NCBI GenBank assembly: GCA_963668675.2
Contig: CAXXMB010000001.1
Coordinates: forward strand, 1,184,001-1,248,000
Length of the DNA stretch: 64,000 nt
DNA from: an uncultured Desulfatitalea sp.
GTDB lineage: Bacteria; Desulfobacterota; Desulfobacteria; Desulfobacterales; Desulfosarcinaceae
Direction of reading: 5' to 3'
Shown: in pieces, positions 29,044 through 39,609 of the stretch
How positions within the stretch are numbered: position 1 is the stretch's first letter
How the letters are laid out: each line of letters opens with the position of its first letter
Notes under the pieces: generated by a model
What the model saw: the letters and a program-made list of their open reading frames with translations, nothing else
What the model was told of the DNA's origin: nothing
Database searches by the model: none
Translations under genes and position numbers: made by a program

Positions 29044-30714
29044 ATGAAAAGCAACCAGGTTAAAGAAGGCGTCGAGCGCGCCCCCCATCGTTCATTGCTC
29101 AAAGCATGCGGATACACCGATTCCGAGATCAAAAGACCCCTGATCGGTATTGCCAATTCAGCCAATACGGTCATTCCCGGCCACGTTCATCTGAACACGC
29201 TGGCCGACGCTGCCAAGGCCGGCATATACATGGCTGGCGGCACCCCGGTAGAGTTCGGAGTTATTGGCGTTTGCGATGGCATCGCCATGAACCACGAAGG
29301 AATGAAGTATTCACTGGCCAGCCGGGAACTGATCGCCGATTCGATCGAGATCATGGCCAAAGCGCATAGTTTCGATGCACTGGTACTGATCCCCAATTGC
29401 GATAAAATTGTTCCCGGAATGTTGATGGCGGCAGCACGCCTCGACCTTCCGGCCATCTTCGTCAGTGGCGGCCCCATGCTCGCAGGGCGAAACCCCAACC
29501 ACCCACAGGGGCCGAAAATCGACCTGATCACCGTATTCGAATCCGTGGGTGCAGTGAAATCGGGCCGAATGAGCGAAGAAGAGCTGGCCGAGGTGGAAGA
29601 TGCCGCTTGTCCCACCTGCGGCTCCTGTGCCGGCATGTTTACGGCCAACTCGATGAATTGTCTGACCGAAGCTATCGGCATGGGGCTACCTGGAAACGGC
29701 ACCATTCCGGCTGTCATGTCCGCCCGCACACGCCTTGCCAAGATGGCCGGCATGCAAATCCTCACCTTGTTGCAGGAGCAGATCACACCGAGTCGCATCA
29801 TGACACCCCAGGCGTTCCAGAATGCCCTGGCCGTGGATATGGCCCTTGGCTGTTCCACCAATACGGTCCTGCATCTGGCCGCCATCGCACAGGAAGCGCG
29901 TGTGCCATTCGACCTGAAGCAGATCAACGAAATCAGCAGCAAAACACCCCATCTGTGCTCCCTGAGTCCAGGAGGTGCACACCACATCGAGGATCTGGAC
30001 CGCGCCGGCGGCATCCAGGCTGTCATCAAGGAACTGGCCGCAGGTGGCTTCATCGATGAGAGCTGCATCACGGCTACTGCCAAAACGGTAGGCGAAAATA
30101 TCGGCAATGCCAACAACAGGATTCCGGAAGTGATTCGCTCTCTGGACAATCCCTACCATCGCACCGGCGGACTGGCTGTCCTTTACGGCAATCTGGCCCC
30201 TAGCGGGTGCGTGGTCAAACAGACCGCCGTAAGCGAAGAGATGCTGCGTCACGAAGGACCAGCTCGGGTGTTCGACTCCGAAGACGATGCCACCAAGTCT
30301 ATTCTGGAAGGGCGCATCAAGGCGGGGGATGTGGTGGTCGTCCGCTACGAAGGTCCTAAAGGAGGACCCGGCATGCGCGAAATGCTGACGCCGACCTCTG
30401 CCATTGCCGGTATGGAGCTCGACGGCCAGGTCGCACTGCTGACCGACGGCCGATTTTCCGGCGGCACGCGCGGGGCCGCCATCGGGCATATCTCTCCCGA
30501 AGCTGCCCAGGGAGGGCCGATAGCCTTTGTCGAAGAGGGTGATATGATTGCCATCGACATCCCAGCCAAACAAATTCTCCTCAAAGTTGACGATGCCCAA
30601 ATTGAGCAGCGGCGAAGCCAGTGGCAACCGCCCGAGCCCAAGGTCAAAACGGGATATCTCTCCCGTTATGCCCAACTCGTCACGTCAGCGGATTGTGGCG
30701 CGGTTTTCCGATAG
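29044..30714 (+). CDS. ilvD: Dihydroxy-acid dehydratase
   Basis: [67 protein letters not shown]. Confidence 0.97.
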   Translation: MKSNQVKEGVERAPHRSLLKACGYTDSEIKRPLIGIANSANTVIPGHVHLNTLADAAKAGIYMAGGTPVEFGVIGVCDGIAMNHEGMKYSLASRELIADSIEIMAKAHSFDALVLIPNCDKIVPGMLMAAARLDLPAIFVSGGPMLAGRNPNHPQGPKIDLITVFESVGAVKSGRMSEEELAEVEDAACPTCGSCAGMFTANSMNCLTEAIGMGLPGNGTIPAVMSARTRLAKMAGMQILTLLQEQITPSRIMTPQAFQNALAVDMALGCSTNTVLHLAAIAQEARVPFDLKQINEISSKTPHLCSLSPGGAHHIEDLDRAGGIQAVIKELAAGGFIDESCITATAKTVGENIGNANNRIPEVIRSLDNPYHRTGGLAVLYGNLAPSGCVVKQTAVSEEMLRHEGPARVFDSEDDATKSILEGRIKAGDVVVVRYEGPKGGPGMREMLTPTSAIAGMELDGQVALLTDGRFSGGTRGAAIGHISPEAAQGGPIAFVEEGDMIAIDIPAKQILLKVDDAQIEQRRSQWQPPEPKVKTGYLSRYAQLVTSADCGAVFR

Positions 30715-30744
30715 GTCAACCAACCACCTAAACAGGACAAACGG

Positions 30745-32439
30745 GTGAAGAAAATGGAACTGACAGGCGCACAAATTCTAATGGCCGTTCTCAAAGATGA
30801 GGGCGTGGACACCATCTTCGGATTTCCCGGAGGCGCGGTGATCGATCTTTACGATGAGATGATCCGAAGTGACATCCGCCATATTTTGGTCAGGCACGAA
30901 CAGGGTGCCGTACACGCCGCAGACGGCTATGCCAGGGCTTCGGGCGAAGTGGGCGTCTGCCTGGTTACATCGGGGCCGGGGGCCACCAATACCGTTACCG
31001 GTATTGCCACGGCATATATGGATTCCATACCACTGGTCATCATCACCGGCCAAGTGCCCACACAGCTCATCGGCAACGATGCCTTTCAGGAAGTGGATAT
31101 CGTAGGCATCACGAGGCCCTGCACCAAACACAACTACCTGGTCAACCGTGTGGAAGATCTCCCCCAAATTTTGAAAGAGGCCTTTCATATCGCACGCAGC
31201 GGGCGCCCGGGCCCCGTACTTGTGGATATTCCGAAAAATGTCGGTGCCGCAAAGACAGAATACCAGGCCATCAAAGAGGTGAGCATCAAATCCTACAATC
31301 CCACCTATCATCCCAACACCAAACAGCTCCGCAAGGCGTTAAAGCTACTGAAAACAGCCCAACGGCCGATCATATTCAGCGGAGGTGGCGTTATCCTCTC
31401 CAAAGCCTCCAGGGAGCTGACTGAGTTGGCCCACACTCTGAAGATCCCTGTGACGAGCTCGTTGATGGGATTGGGCGCCTTTCCGGGATCCGACCCCTTG
31501 TGGTTGGGGATGCTGGGTATGCACGGCACCTATCGGGCCAACATGGCCATCTCCCACTGCGATTTAATGATCGCCGTCGGCGTTCGATTTGACGACCGCG
31601 TCACGGGTAAAACCGATTGCTTCGCCTCACAGGCAAAAATCGTCCATATCGATATCGATCCGACCTCCATCCGCAAAAACATCCCGGTTGCCGTTCCGGT
31701 GGTCGGCGATTGTAAAAGCAGCCTGACCGAACTCAACGCGATGATTGCCGAAGAGGGGCTCCAGGCAAAAAGCGGAAACCACAAGGAGTGGCTGGACCAA
31801 GTCGCCTTCTGGCGTGACGAGCACAAGCTAGCCTATGATCAGAAGGATAGCATCAAACCGCAGTTCGTGGTGGAGAAGCTCTATGAACTGACCCGGGGAG
31901 AAGCAATCGTCACCACGGAAGTGGGACAAAATCAGATGTGGGCGGCCCAATTCTACCACTTCGATCGACCGCAGCAATTTATCACCTCGGGTGGTTTGGG
32001 CACCATGGGATTTGGTCTGCCCGCCGCTATCGGCGCCCAGGTGGCTTTTCCAAATAGAATGGTCGTTGATATTGCCGGTGACGGTAGTATTCAAATGAAC
32101 ATTCAGGAAATGGCGACGGCTGTTCAATACAAGCTGCCTGTAAAAGTGATCATTCTCAACAACAGTTGCCTCGGAATGGTGCGACAGTGGCAGGAACTTT
32201 TTTACGATAAGCGCTACGCCCACACCGTGTTCGAACATGCCCCCGATTTTGTAAAATTGGCCGATGCATACGGGGCCACCGGTCTGCGTGCCGCCCACCC
32301 CGATGAGGTGGAGAAGATTCTGGCCCAAGGCTTGGAGACGAAAGGTCCGGTGATCATGGAGTTCAAGGTGGCCTCGGAAGAGTGCGTGTACCCGATGGTG
32401 CCTGCAGGCAAACCGATTACGGACATGCTACTGGTATAA
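30745..32439 (+). CDS. ilvB: Acetolactate synthase large subunit
   Basis: FGFPGG, RHEQGA.HAADGYAR, TSGPGATN, DAFQE, GMLGMHG, SGGLGTMGFG, GDGSIQMN...NN. Confidence 0.96.
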   Translation: MKKMELTGAQILMAVLKDEGVDTIFGFPGGAVIDLYDEMIRSDIRHILVRHEQGAVHAADGYARASGEVGVCLVTSGPGATNTVTGIATAYMDSIPLVIITGQVPTQLIGNDAFQEVDIVGITRPCTKHNYLVNRVEDLPQILKEAFHIARSGRPGPVLVDIPKNVGAAKTEYQAIKEVSIKSYNPTYHPNTKQLRKALKLLKTAQRPIIFSGGGVILSKASRELTELAHTLKIPVTSSLMGLGAFPGSDPLWLGMLGMHGTYRANMAISHCDLMIAVGVRFDDRVTGKTDCFASQAKIVHIDIDPTSIRKNIPVAVPVVGDCKSSLTELNAMIAEEGLQAKSGNHKEWLDQVAFWRDEHKLAYDQKDSIKPQFVVEKLYELTRGEAIVTTEVGQNQMWAAQFYHFDRPQQFITSGGLGTMGFGLPAAIGAQVAFPNRMVVDIAGDGSIQMNIQEMATAVQYKLPVKVIILNNSCLGMVRQWQELFYDKRYAHTVFEHAPDFVKLADAYGATGLRAAHPDEVEKILAQGLETKGPVIMEFKVASEECVYPMVPAGKPITDMLLV

Positions 32440-32534
32440 TCGCGAATCTTGTATGGTGAGAAAGTGCATCGGATGACTCGGCAAACGGTCCGGCCATGCC
32501 GGCGTGACTGCAAAAGCAACAGAGACGGGAATCA

Positions 32535-33035
32535 ATGATGAAATCGGAAAAACACACCCTAACCATGCTGGTGGACAACGAACCAGGCGTTCTCTCCCGC
32601 GTGGTAGGACTTTTCAGTGGGAGAGGGTTCAATATCGACAGCCTCTGCGTAGCAGAGACCATGGACCCGAAAGTTTCTCGCATTACGATCGTCACCCAGG
32701 CCAACAAGCCACTGCTCGAACAGATAGAGAAGCAGTTGCGAAAGCTGATCAATGTCGTCAAACTTCGTGACATGTCCGATGACCGGGCCGTCCGCAGGGA
32801 GATGGCCCTGATCTGTGTGCACGCCAGGCCGGAAAGCCGGGATGAGATCCTGCGGCTGGTTAACCTGTTTCGCGCCAAAGTGATCGACGTGGCGTCCAGT
32901 CACTATACGATCGAAGCCAGTGGCGACACTGACAAGATGAAGGCCTTCATCGGCCTCTTGCGGCCAATGGGGATCAAAAAAATTGCCCGCACCGGAACGG
33001 TCGCACTGTACAGAGAACCGAAGCGAGGGATTTAG
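32535..33035 (+). CDS. ilvN: Acetolactate synthase small (regulatory) subunit
   Basis: ACT domain VDNEPGVLSRVVGLFSGRGFNIDSL, EQIEKQLRKL. Confidence 0.95.
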   Translation: MMKSEKHTLTMLVDNEPGVLSRVVGLFSGRGFNIDSLCVAETMDPKVSRITIVTQANKPLLEQIEKQLRKLINVVKLRDMSDDRAVRREMALICVHARPESRDEILRLVNLFRAKVIDVASSHYTIEASGDTDKMKAFIGLLRPMGIKKIARTGTVALYREPKRGI

Positions 33036-33151
33036 GTTTCGCCCGGATACAATAGCGTAAAAATGGCAACCGACCGGAAGAGCATATCCGGTTCATATTT
33101 CACAACGAGTTGGGGCGTCACGCCCATACATTACATCTAAAGGAGAAGAAC

Positions 33152-34210
33152 ATGGCAAAGATCGATTTTGGCGGCGTCGTAGAAGACGTCATCACCGCAG
33201 AAGAGTTTACCCTTGAAAAGGCACGCCAGGTATTAGCGGACGAGACCATTGTCGTCCTGGGATATGGCGTCCAGGGTCCGGCCCAGGCGCTCAATATGCG
33301 CGACAACGGTTTTAACGTGATCATCGGTCAGTGGGACGGCGACAAGGCCTGCTGGGACAAAGCCGTCGCCGATGGGTTCGTCCCAGGAGAGACACTCTTC
33401 TCCATCGAAGAGGCTGCCAAACGCGGCACGATCATTCAATTTCTTCTGTCCGACGCCGGCCAGATGGCCACCTGGCCTCAGGTCAAAGCGTGCCTGAATC
33501 CCGGGGATGCACTCTACTTCTCCCACGGTTTCTCCATTGTCTACAAAGACCAGACCCATATCATTCCGCAGAAGGAGATCGACGTCATTCTGGTGGCCCC
33601 CAAAGGATCGGGCCGCAATGTGCGCCTGAACTTTCTGGACGGCAGCGGCATCAACTCCAGTTATGCCGTTTTCCAGGATGCCACCGGCCGGGCCACCGAA
33701 CGCACCATCGCCGTGGGCATCGCTATCGGATCGGGCTACCTCTTTCCGACCACCTTTGAAAAAGAGGTTTTCAGCGACCTGACCGGCGAACGCGGCGTTC
33801 TGATGGGCTGCCTGGCCGGCGTTATGGAGGCCCAGTACAACCTGCTGCGCAAACACGGCCACAGCCCGAGTGAAGCCTTCAATGAAACGGTTGAGGAGTT
33901 GACCCAGAGCCTGATCCGACTGGTTGCCGAAAACGGCATGGACTGGATGTATGCCAACTGCAGCACGACGGCCCAGCGCGGCGCATTGGATTGGGCGCCC
34001 AAGTTCCGCGAAGCGGTCGTACCGGTGTTCGACGATCTGTATGAGAGCGTGATCAACGGCACGGAGACCCGACGGGTACTGGACGTCAACAGTGCACCCG
34101 ATTACCGTGAGAAGCTCAACGCCGAACTCAAAATTATCCACGATTCTGAGATGTGGCGCACCGGACAGGCAGTCCGAAGCCTGAGACCGGAGAACCGGGC
34201 AAAAAAATAG
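33152..34210 (+). CDS. ilvC: Ketol-acid reductoisomerase (fungal/Bacteroidetes-like type)
   Basis: LGYGVQG.AQALN.RDNG, FSHGFS, VAPKGSG, SDLTGERGVLMG, CSTTAQRGA, VRSLRPEN; AAGGAG RBS. Confidence 0.95.
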   Translation: MAKIDFGGVVEDVITAEEFTLEKARQVLADETIVVLGYGVQGPAQALNMRDNGFNVIIGQWDGDKACWDKAVADGFVPGETLFSIEEAAKRGTIIQFLLSDAGQMATWPQVKACLNPGDALYFSHGFSIVYKDQTHIIPQKEIDVILVAPKGSGRNVRLNFLDGSGINSSYAVFQDATGRATERTIAVGIAIGSGYLFPTTFEKEVFSDLTGERGVLMGCLAGVMEAQYNLLRKHGHSPSEAFNETVEELTQSLIRLVAENGMDWMYANCSTTAQRGALDWAPKFREAVVPVFDDLYESVINGTETRRVLDVNSAPDYREKLNAELKIIHDSEMWRTGQAVRSLRPENRAKK

Positions 34211-34240
34211 TCCGTTTTATTTGACACATTGCGTTTCAAT

Positions 34241-34270
34241 AAACAGGGCCTATGTTTATAGGCCCTGTTT
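34241..34270 (+). terminator. Intrinsic terminator after ilvC
   Basis: Perfect 13-bp stem AAACAGGGCCTAT-GTTT-ATAGGCCCTGTTT. Confidence 0.75.
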
Positions 34271-34419
34271 CGAAGCGTGAGACTCAGGGGCAACCGGAAG
34301 TAGACAAAAGTTGCATATTCACACTATTGCAGTACTTTTTGGCGGGGTGGATAGCCCACCCCGAAACTGCTGTTGATAGCTTGCTATAGTGTTTACCCTC
34401 GCTGATGGGGGAAGGTATC

Positions 34420-36012
34420 ATGGAAAAGATTCTCATCTACGACACCACCCTGCGTGATGGCAGTCAGGGGGAGAACATCAGCTTCTCTTCGGAGGAGATG
34501 CTCAAGATTGCTAAAAAGCTGGACCAAACCGGCGTTCACTACATTGAAGGCGGCTGGCCGGGTTCCAACTTGAGGGATGCCCGTTTTTTCGAACTCGCCC
34601 GCGAGGAGAATTTTTCCCATGCGCGCATCACCGCTTTCGGTTCGACACGCAAAGCCAACGCATCTGCAGAGGATGACCCGAATCTCCAGGCTTTGATCGA
34701 CAGCCAGGCGCCTGCAGTGGCCATCGTGGGTAAATCGTGGCCCTTGCATGTCGAAGAGGTCATGGGCAACACCCGCGAAGAGAACCTGGCCATGATCGAG
34801 GATAGCGTTGTACTTCTCAAATCCCATGGTCGCGAAGTGATTTACGATGCCGAGCACTTTTTCGATGCCTGCAAAGAGGACGCCTCCTATGCATTGGAAA
34901 CGATCTTCACTGCAGCGAAAGCCGGTGCCGACTTCATCGTACTTTGCGACACCAATGGCGGCTCCCTGCCCCACGATATCGAATCCATCGTCCTCCAGGC
35001 GCGAGAGACATTGGCAGGACGAGGCATTGAACCACGCCTGGGCATCCATACCCACAACGACTGCGGAATGGCAGTCGCGAACAGCATTGCCGGGGTCAGG
35101 GCCGGTGCGTCGATGGTCCAGGGAACGATCAATGGATATGGTGAGCGTTGCGGCAACGCCGATCTCATCACTATCATTCCACTGCTCAGTTTAAAGATGG
35201 GAATGGGCACCATCCCCGAAGCCAAATTGGGTACAATCAAGAGTCTATCCCGTTTCGTCAGCGAAACGGCCAATATCGTGCCGCTCAACTCCAGGCCCTT
35301 TGTGGGGCGCAGTGCATTTGCCCACAAAGGCGGGCTGCATGTGAACGCCATCATGAAAGTGCCCCGCGCCTATGAGCACATGGACCCTGCGCTGGTCGGC
35401 AATAAACGCCGCGTCCTCGTATCCGATCTAGGTGGCAAAAGCAACGTGATCTACAAAGCCAAAGAGCTGGGAGTAGAGTTAGGGAGCAACGGTTTCGACA
35501 GCAAGCAAATCGCGTCTGAAATCAAATCGCTGGAAGACAAAGGGTATCAATTCGATGTGGCGGATGGATCCATGAAGATTCTGCTGCAAAAATTTACAGA
35601 ACAGTTCGTCCCCCTCTTCTCTCTGGAGACATTTCGCGTCTCCATTGAGAAAGACAAGGACCAACCGTGCCGGGCATACGCGACCATCAAGATCAATGTG
35701 GATGGGTCCCATGAGATCACCGCAGCGGAAGGACAGGGCCCGGTGAGTGCACTTGATAATGCGTTGCGCAAGGCTTTGGATAAATTCTATCCCGACCTGG
35801 ACAGCATGCGACTGGTGGATTTCAAAGTGCGCGTCATCGACGGACGCAGCGGTACGAAATCAAAAGTGCGCGTTTTCATTGAATCCCGCGACATCGACGA
35901 TATCTGGAGCACCATCGGTGTATCCGAAGATATCATCGAAGCGAGCTGGCAGGCACTGGCCGATAGTTTTCAATACAAGTTGGCCAAAAAAGAGGACCCC
36001 AATCAAGGATGA
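34420..36012 (+). CDS. cimA: Citramalate synthase
   Basis: YDTTLRDGSQGE, YIEGGWPGSN, AFGSTR, VGKSW, YDAEHFFD, HTHND, GERCGNA, FAHKGGLH, WSTIGVS. Confidence 0.9.
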   Translation: MEKILIYDTTLRDGSQGENISFSSEEMLKIAKKLDQTGVHYIEGGWPGSNLRDARFFELAREENFSHARITAFGSTRKANASAEDDPNLQALIDSQAPAVAIVGKSWPLHVEEVMGNTREENLAMIEDSVVLLKSHGREVIYDAEHFFDACKEDASYALETIFTAAKAGADFIVLCDTNGGSLPHDIESIVLQARETLAGRGIEPRLGIHTHNDCGMAVANSIAGVRAGASMVQGTINGYGERCGNADLITIIPLLSLKMGMGTIPEAKLGTIKSLSRFVSETANIVPLNSRPFVGRSAFAHKGGLHVNAIMKVPRAYEHMDPALVGNKRRVLVSDLGGKSNVIYKAKELGVELGSNGFDSKQIASEIKSLEDKGYQFDVADGSMKILLQKFTEQFVPLFSLETFRVSIEKDKDQPCRAYATIKINVDGSHEITAAEGQGPVSALDNALRKALDKFYPDLDSMRLVDFKVRVIDGRSGTKSKVRVFIESRDIDDIWSTIGVSEDIIEASWQALADSFQYKLAKKEDPNQG

Positions 36013-36173
36013 TAACCACATGAGAAAGGCAGGATCTCACGCCGCAGGGATTCCCCCCCTGCGGCCCGTGCTTGAGCTTCGTTAAAGACCCTCTGGCCAG
36101 ATGGTTGAACGGCGCGATTCGACAGCCGCTCGACCCGACACATCTTTAACGAAATATCAGCGAGGTAGATAAA

Positions 36174-37712
36174 ATGACGGATATCGTAAAAATATTTGAT
36201 ACCACCCTGCGCGATGGTGAGCAGTCACCCGGCGCCAGTATGAACACCGCTGAAAAACTGCGTCTGGCGGTTCAATTGGAAAAACTGGGCGTCGACATTA
36301 TCGAAGCCGGTTTTCCGGCGGCTTCCGAGGGCGACTTTGATGCCGTCTCTCAAATCGCCGGAAAACTCAAGCGGACCGAGGTCGCAGGCCTGGCAAGGGC
36401 CGACAAGGCAGATATCGACTGCGCCTGGGGCGCCATCAAGCATGCCGCCAAACCGAGGATTCACACCTTTCTGGCAACATCGGACATCCATTTGGAGTAC
36501 AAGCTGAAAATGAGTCGGGAGCAGGTGCTCGCCCAGGTGAAAGAGGCGGTGGCCTACTCTAAAACCTTAACCGACAATGTGGAGTTTTCCGCCGAAGACG
36601 GTTCCCGCAGTGACCGGGACTTCCTGTGCCAGGTCTTCGAGGCCGCCATTGCCGCTGGGGCGACCACCATCAATCTACCGGATACGGTGGGCTACGCCAT
36701 TCCGACAGAGTTTGCAGACCTGGTCAAATATGTCATGCAGAACACCTCCAATATCAACAAGGCCGTTGTCAGCGTCCACTGCCACAATGACTTGGGCCTT
36801 GCAACGGCCAACACCCTGGCCGCACTTTCCGTCGGCGCCCGTCAGGCAGAGGTGACCCTTAACGGCATCGGCGAACGGGCTGGCAACACCTCTTTAGAGG
36901 AGGTGGTCATGGCCCTGCGCACTCGCAACAACTACATGCCGTTGACCACCAACATCAAAACCGAGCACATCTACCCCAGCAGTCGTTTGGTGAGCATGAT
37001 CACCGGCATCATGGTGCAACCCAACAAAGCCATTGTCGGGGCCAACGCCTTCTCCCATGAAGCGGGCATCCACCAGGACGGCATGCTGAAAAACCCCATG
37101 ACCTATGAAATCATGCGTCCGGAGGCCATCGGCTTGAGTACGAACAGGCTGGTTTTGGGGAAACACTCCGGGCGGCATGCCCTGCGGGAACATCTCAAGG
37201 ACCTGGGCTATGACCTCTCCGACGAAGAGTTGCGCCTGGTCTTCGACAAGTTCAAGACCCTGGCGGACAAGAAGAAACATGTGGTCGATGAGGACCTGGA
37301 AGCCATCGTCACCGAAGGCGTCCTGCGCACCACCGAAACATTTACCCTGGAGTACCTGCACGCCTCTGCCGGAACAACTGTCATGCCCATGGCCAGCTTG
37401 CAACTGTCCATCAATGGTCGCTCGGTCAAAGGCGCAGGCTACGGCAACGGCCCCATCGACGCAGCCTACAATACCATTGCCAAACTCACCGGGACCGAAT
37501 CGGAGCTGCTGCGCTTCACAATCAGTGCCCTTACCGGCGGCACCGACGCCCAGGGCGAGGTGACCGTGCGGTTGAAAGAGAACGGCCTCATCTCACTCGG
37601 CCGGGGGTCCGACCCGGACATTATCACGGCCAGCGCTCTGGCCTATATCAACGGTCTGAATCGGCTGGAGTATCTGAAATCACATCCGGTGGAGCGTCCC
37701 CAGAGCCTATAA
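36174..37712 (+). CDS. leuA: 2-isopropylmalate synthase
   Basis: FDTTLRDGEQSPG, IEAGFP, NLPDTVG, VHCHNDLGLA, GIGERAGN, HEAGIHQDG, LGKHSGRH. Confidence 0.96.
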   Translation: MTDIVKIFDTTLRDGEQSPGASMNTAEKLRLAVQLEKLGVDIIEAGFPAASEGDFDAVSQIAGKLKRTEVAGLARADKADIDCAWGAIKHAAKPRIHTFLATSDIHLEYKLKMSREQVLAQVKEAVAYSKTLTDNVEFSAEDGSRSDRDFLCQVFEAAIAAGATTINLPDTVGYAIPTEFADLVKYVMQNTSNINKAVVSVHCHNDLGLATANTLAALSVGARQAEVTLNGIGERAGNTSLEEVVMALRTRNNYMPLTTNIKTEHIYPSSRLVSMITGIMVQPNKAIVGANAFSHEAGIHQDGMLKNPMTYEIMRPEAIGLSTNRLVLGKHSGRHALREHLKDLGYDLSDEELRLVFDKFKTLADKKKHVVDEDLEAIVTEGVLRTTETFTLEYLHASAGTTVMPMASLQLSINGRSVKGAGYGNGPIDAAYNTIAKLTGTESELLRFTISALTGGTDAQGEVTVRLKENGLISLGRGSDPDIITASALAYINGLNRLEYLKSHPVERPQSL

Positions 37713-37775
37713 CGATTGGAAAGGCGCCCCTGCCCTATCGCATTCGATACGCAAATCGAATGGCACCGAATAGAA

Positions 37776-37803
37776 AGCCCCCAATCGATTTCGATTGGGG
37801 GCT
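37776..37803. terminator. Hairpin between convergent leuA and mcp, probably a bidirectional terminator
   Basis: Inverted repeat AGCCCCCAATCGA / TCGATTGGGGGCT. Confidence 0.7.
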
Positions 37804-37839
37804 CTCCATTTTATCATTTTTTAGGGTATCGGTGCGGCT

Positions 37840-39528
37840 TTACACCTTAAAGCTGTTCACCACCGTATTGAGTCCCTGTGCAATGTTACGCAGATCTTCG
37901 GCGCTGACCTTGACCTGCCCACTGCTGTTGGCCATCTCGCTGGCCGACTGATTGACGATCCCGATGTCCTGGGCGATTTGAGATGCAACAGCAGAACTTT
38001 GACTGACATTCTCGTTGACCTCCTGAATGCCACTGGACGCCTGGGAGATGTTGTTGGCAATCTCCTGGGTCGAAGAGGACTGCTCCTCGACTGCCGCTGC
38101 GATGGTGCCGACGATCTCATTGATGGTCCGGATCACCTTCGAGATCTCGTCAATGCCCGAAACGGCCCCGTTGGTACTCTCCTGGATATTGGCGATCTTG
38201 CCTTTAATATCCAGAGTGGCATCGGAGGTCTGCTTGGCCAACTCCTTGATCTCGTTGGCCACCACGGCGAACCCCTTGCCAGCTTCACCGGCCCGGGCAG
38301 CCTCGATGGTGGCGTTCAACGCCAGCAGGTTGACCTGTTCGGAGATATCGGTAATGGTCTCCACCACCTTGCCGACGCCTGAAGCAGCCTGACCCAGGGC
38401 GTCCATCTGCTCTGAAGAGCCCTGGGCTGTGCTCACGGCCTGATCAGATATCGTTCTGGCCTTCTCTGCATTCTGGGCGATCTCATTGATCGTGGCAGTC
38501 ATCTCCTCGGCCGACGAGGCAACAATGCCGGTGTTGGTGCTCGACTGCTCCATAGCGGCCGCTACATTGTTGATGTTTGCGCTCATCTCCTCTACGGCCG
38601 CGGAAACCGTATTGGACTTACCGAACATATCTTCGGCACTGGATGACATATGCTGGGAGAGCTCGGCCAGCGTGCCGGAAGAGTTGTCCAGGGTGGCCAC
38701 ATTGCCCGCCATCTCTTTGATCAGGCTTTGCAGCTTGCCCATGAAGGTGTTAAACCAACCGGCCAATTCACCCAGTTCGTCTTTGGCGCTCTCATCCAGG
38801 CGCTTGGTCAGATCCCCTTCGCCTTCAGCAATATCCTTTAACCCTTCGACCATGGCATTCACGGGCGTGGTAATCATCCGGGCAATCATCCAGGCCAGCA
38901 ATATGCCAGCCGCAACTCCCAACACGATGGTCAACATCAGTATGGTAAGTCCGGATGTGTAAGCTTCTTCTGCGTTGGTGCTCGCCTTCTCGGCCAGGGC
39001 AAGGTTTATCTCGGTCAGTTTGTCGATCTGGTCGCGCATCTTCTCAAAATTGGTCTTGGCATCTCCCAGGCTCAGCACTTCGGCCTGTTCGGACGCCTCG
39101 ACGGTCCCCTGTAGGGCCAGCTCGACCACTCTGCGCGAATCCGCTTGCCACGCCTGCCTGGCCTTGCCATAAACATCGAAAAGGGCCTTCTCCTCGTCTG
39201 TCTGAGCAAGGGCCGTATACTTGTTCCAGCGCGTCTCCGACTGTTTGAAATTGGTGTCGTACTCCTTAACGAACTCCTTGAACACCGGGGACTTGGGATC
39301 GGTGAAGATCATGGAGCGCTCGGCGACCAGCAGTTGCTGAAGATCCCGATCCGCCTCGACCAGAAAGTCAATGCTCGGCATCTGAAACGAGTAGATCTTC
39401 TCTAAATCTTCATGAACGGAACTGATGCTGCGATATCCTGAATAGCCGATAATGGCCATTAAGAGCACCATAATGCCGAATGCTGCCAGCAGTTTTACCC
39501 TGATTCTTAAATTTTTAATTAGCTTCAT
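37840..39528 (-). CDS. Methyl-accepting chemotaxis protein (four-helix sensor, HAMP and signalling domains)
   Basis: Two TM helices, [13 protein letters not shown]...[45 protein letters not shown]. Confidence 0.95.
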   Translation of the reverse strand: MKLIKNLRIRVKLLAAFGIMVLLMAIIGYSGYRSISSVHEDLEKIYSFQMPSIDFLVEADRDLQQLLVAERSMIFTDPKSPVFKEFVKEYDTNFKQSETRWNKYTALAQTDEEKALFDVYGKARQAWQADSRRVVELALQGTVEASEQAEVLSLGDAKTNFEKMRDQIDKLTEINLALAEKASTNAEEAYTSGLTILMLTIVLGVAAGILLAWMIARMITTPVNAMVEGLKDIAEGEGDLTKRLDESAKDELGELAGWFNTFMGKLQSLIKEMAGNVATLDNSSGTLAELSQHMSSSAEDMFGKSNTVSAAVEEMSANINNVAAAMEQSSTNTGIVASSAEEMTATINEIAQNAEKARTISDQAVSTAQGSSEQMDALGQAASGVGKVVETITDISEQVNLLALNATIEAARAGEAGKGFAVVANEIKELAKQTSDATLDIKGKIANIQESTNGAVSGIDEISKVIRTINEIVGTIAAAVEEQSSSTQEIANNISQASSGIQEVNENVSQSSAVASQIAQDIGIVNQSASEMANSSGQVKVSAEDLRNIAQGLNTVVNSFKV

Positions 39529-39609
39529 GCCCCACCCCTTGTGTAATAGTTTTTTGCAAGATATGCTGCCTTATAACATTGACCAATTCTTAAAAAAGTT
39601 GAGTTAATA

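Noticed and set aside
39555..39571. AGGCAGCATATCTTGCA (minus strand) upstream of the MCP gene as a sigma54 promoter
   Set aside because: Spacing is 11 nt rather than 10.
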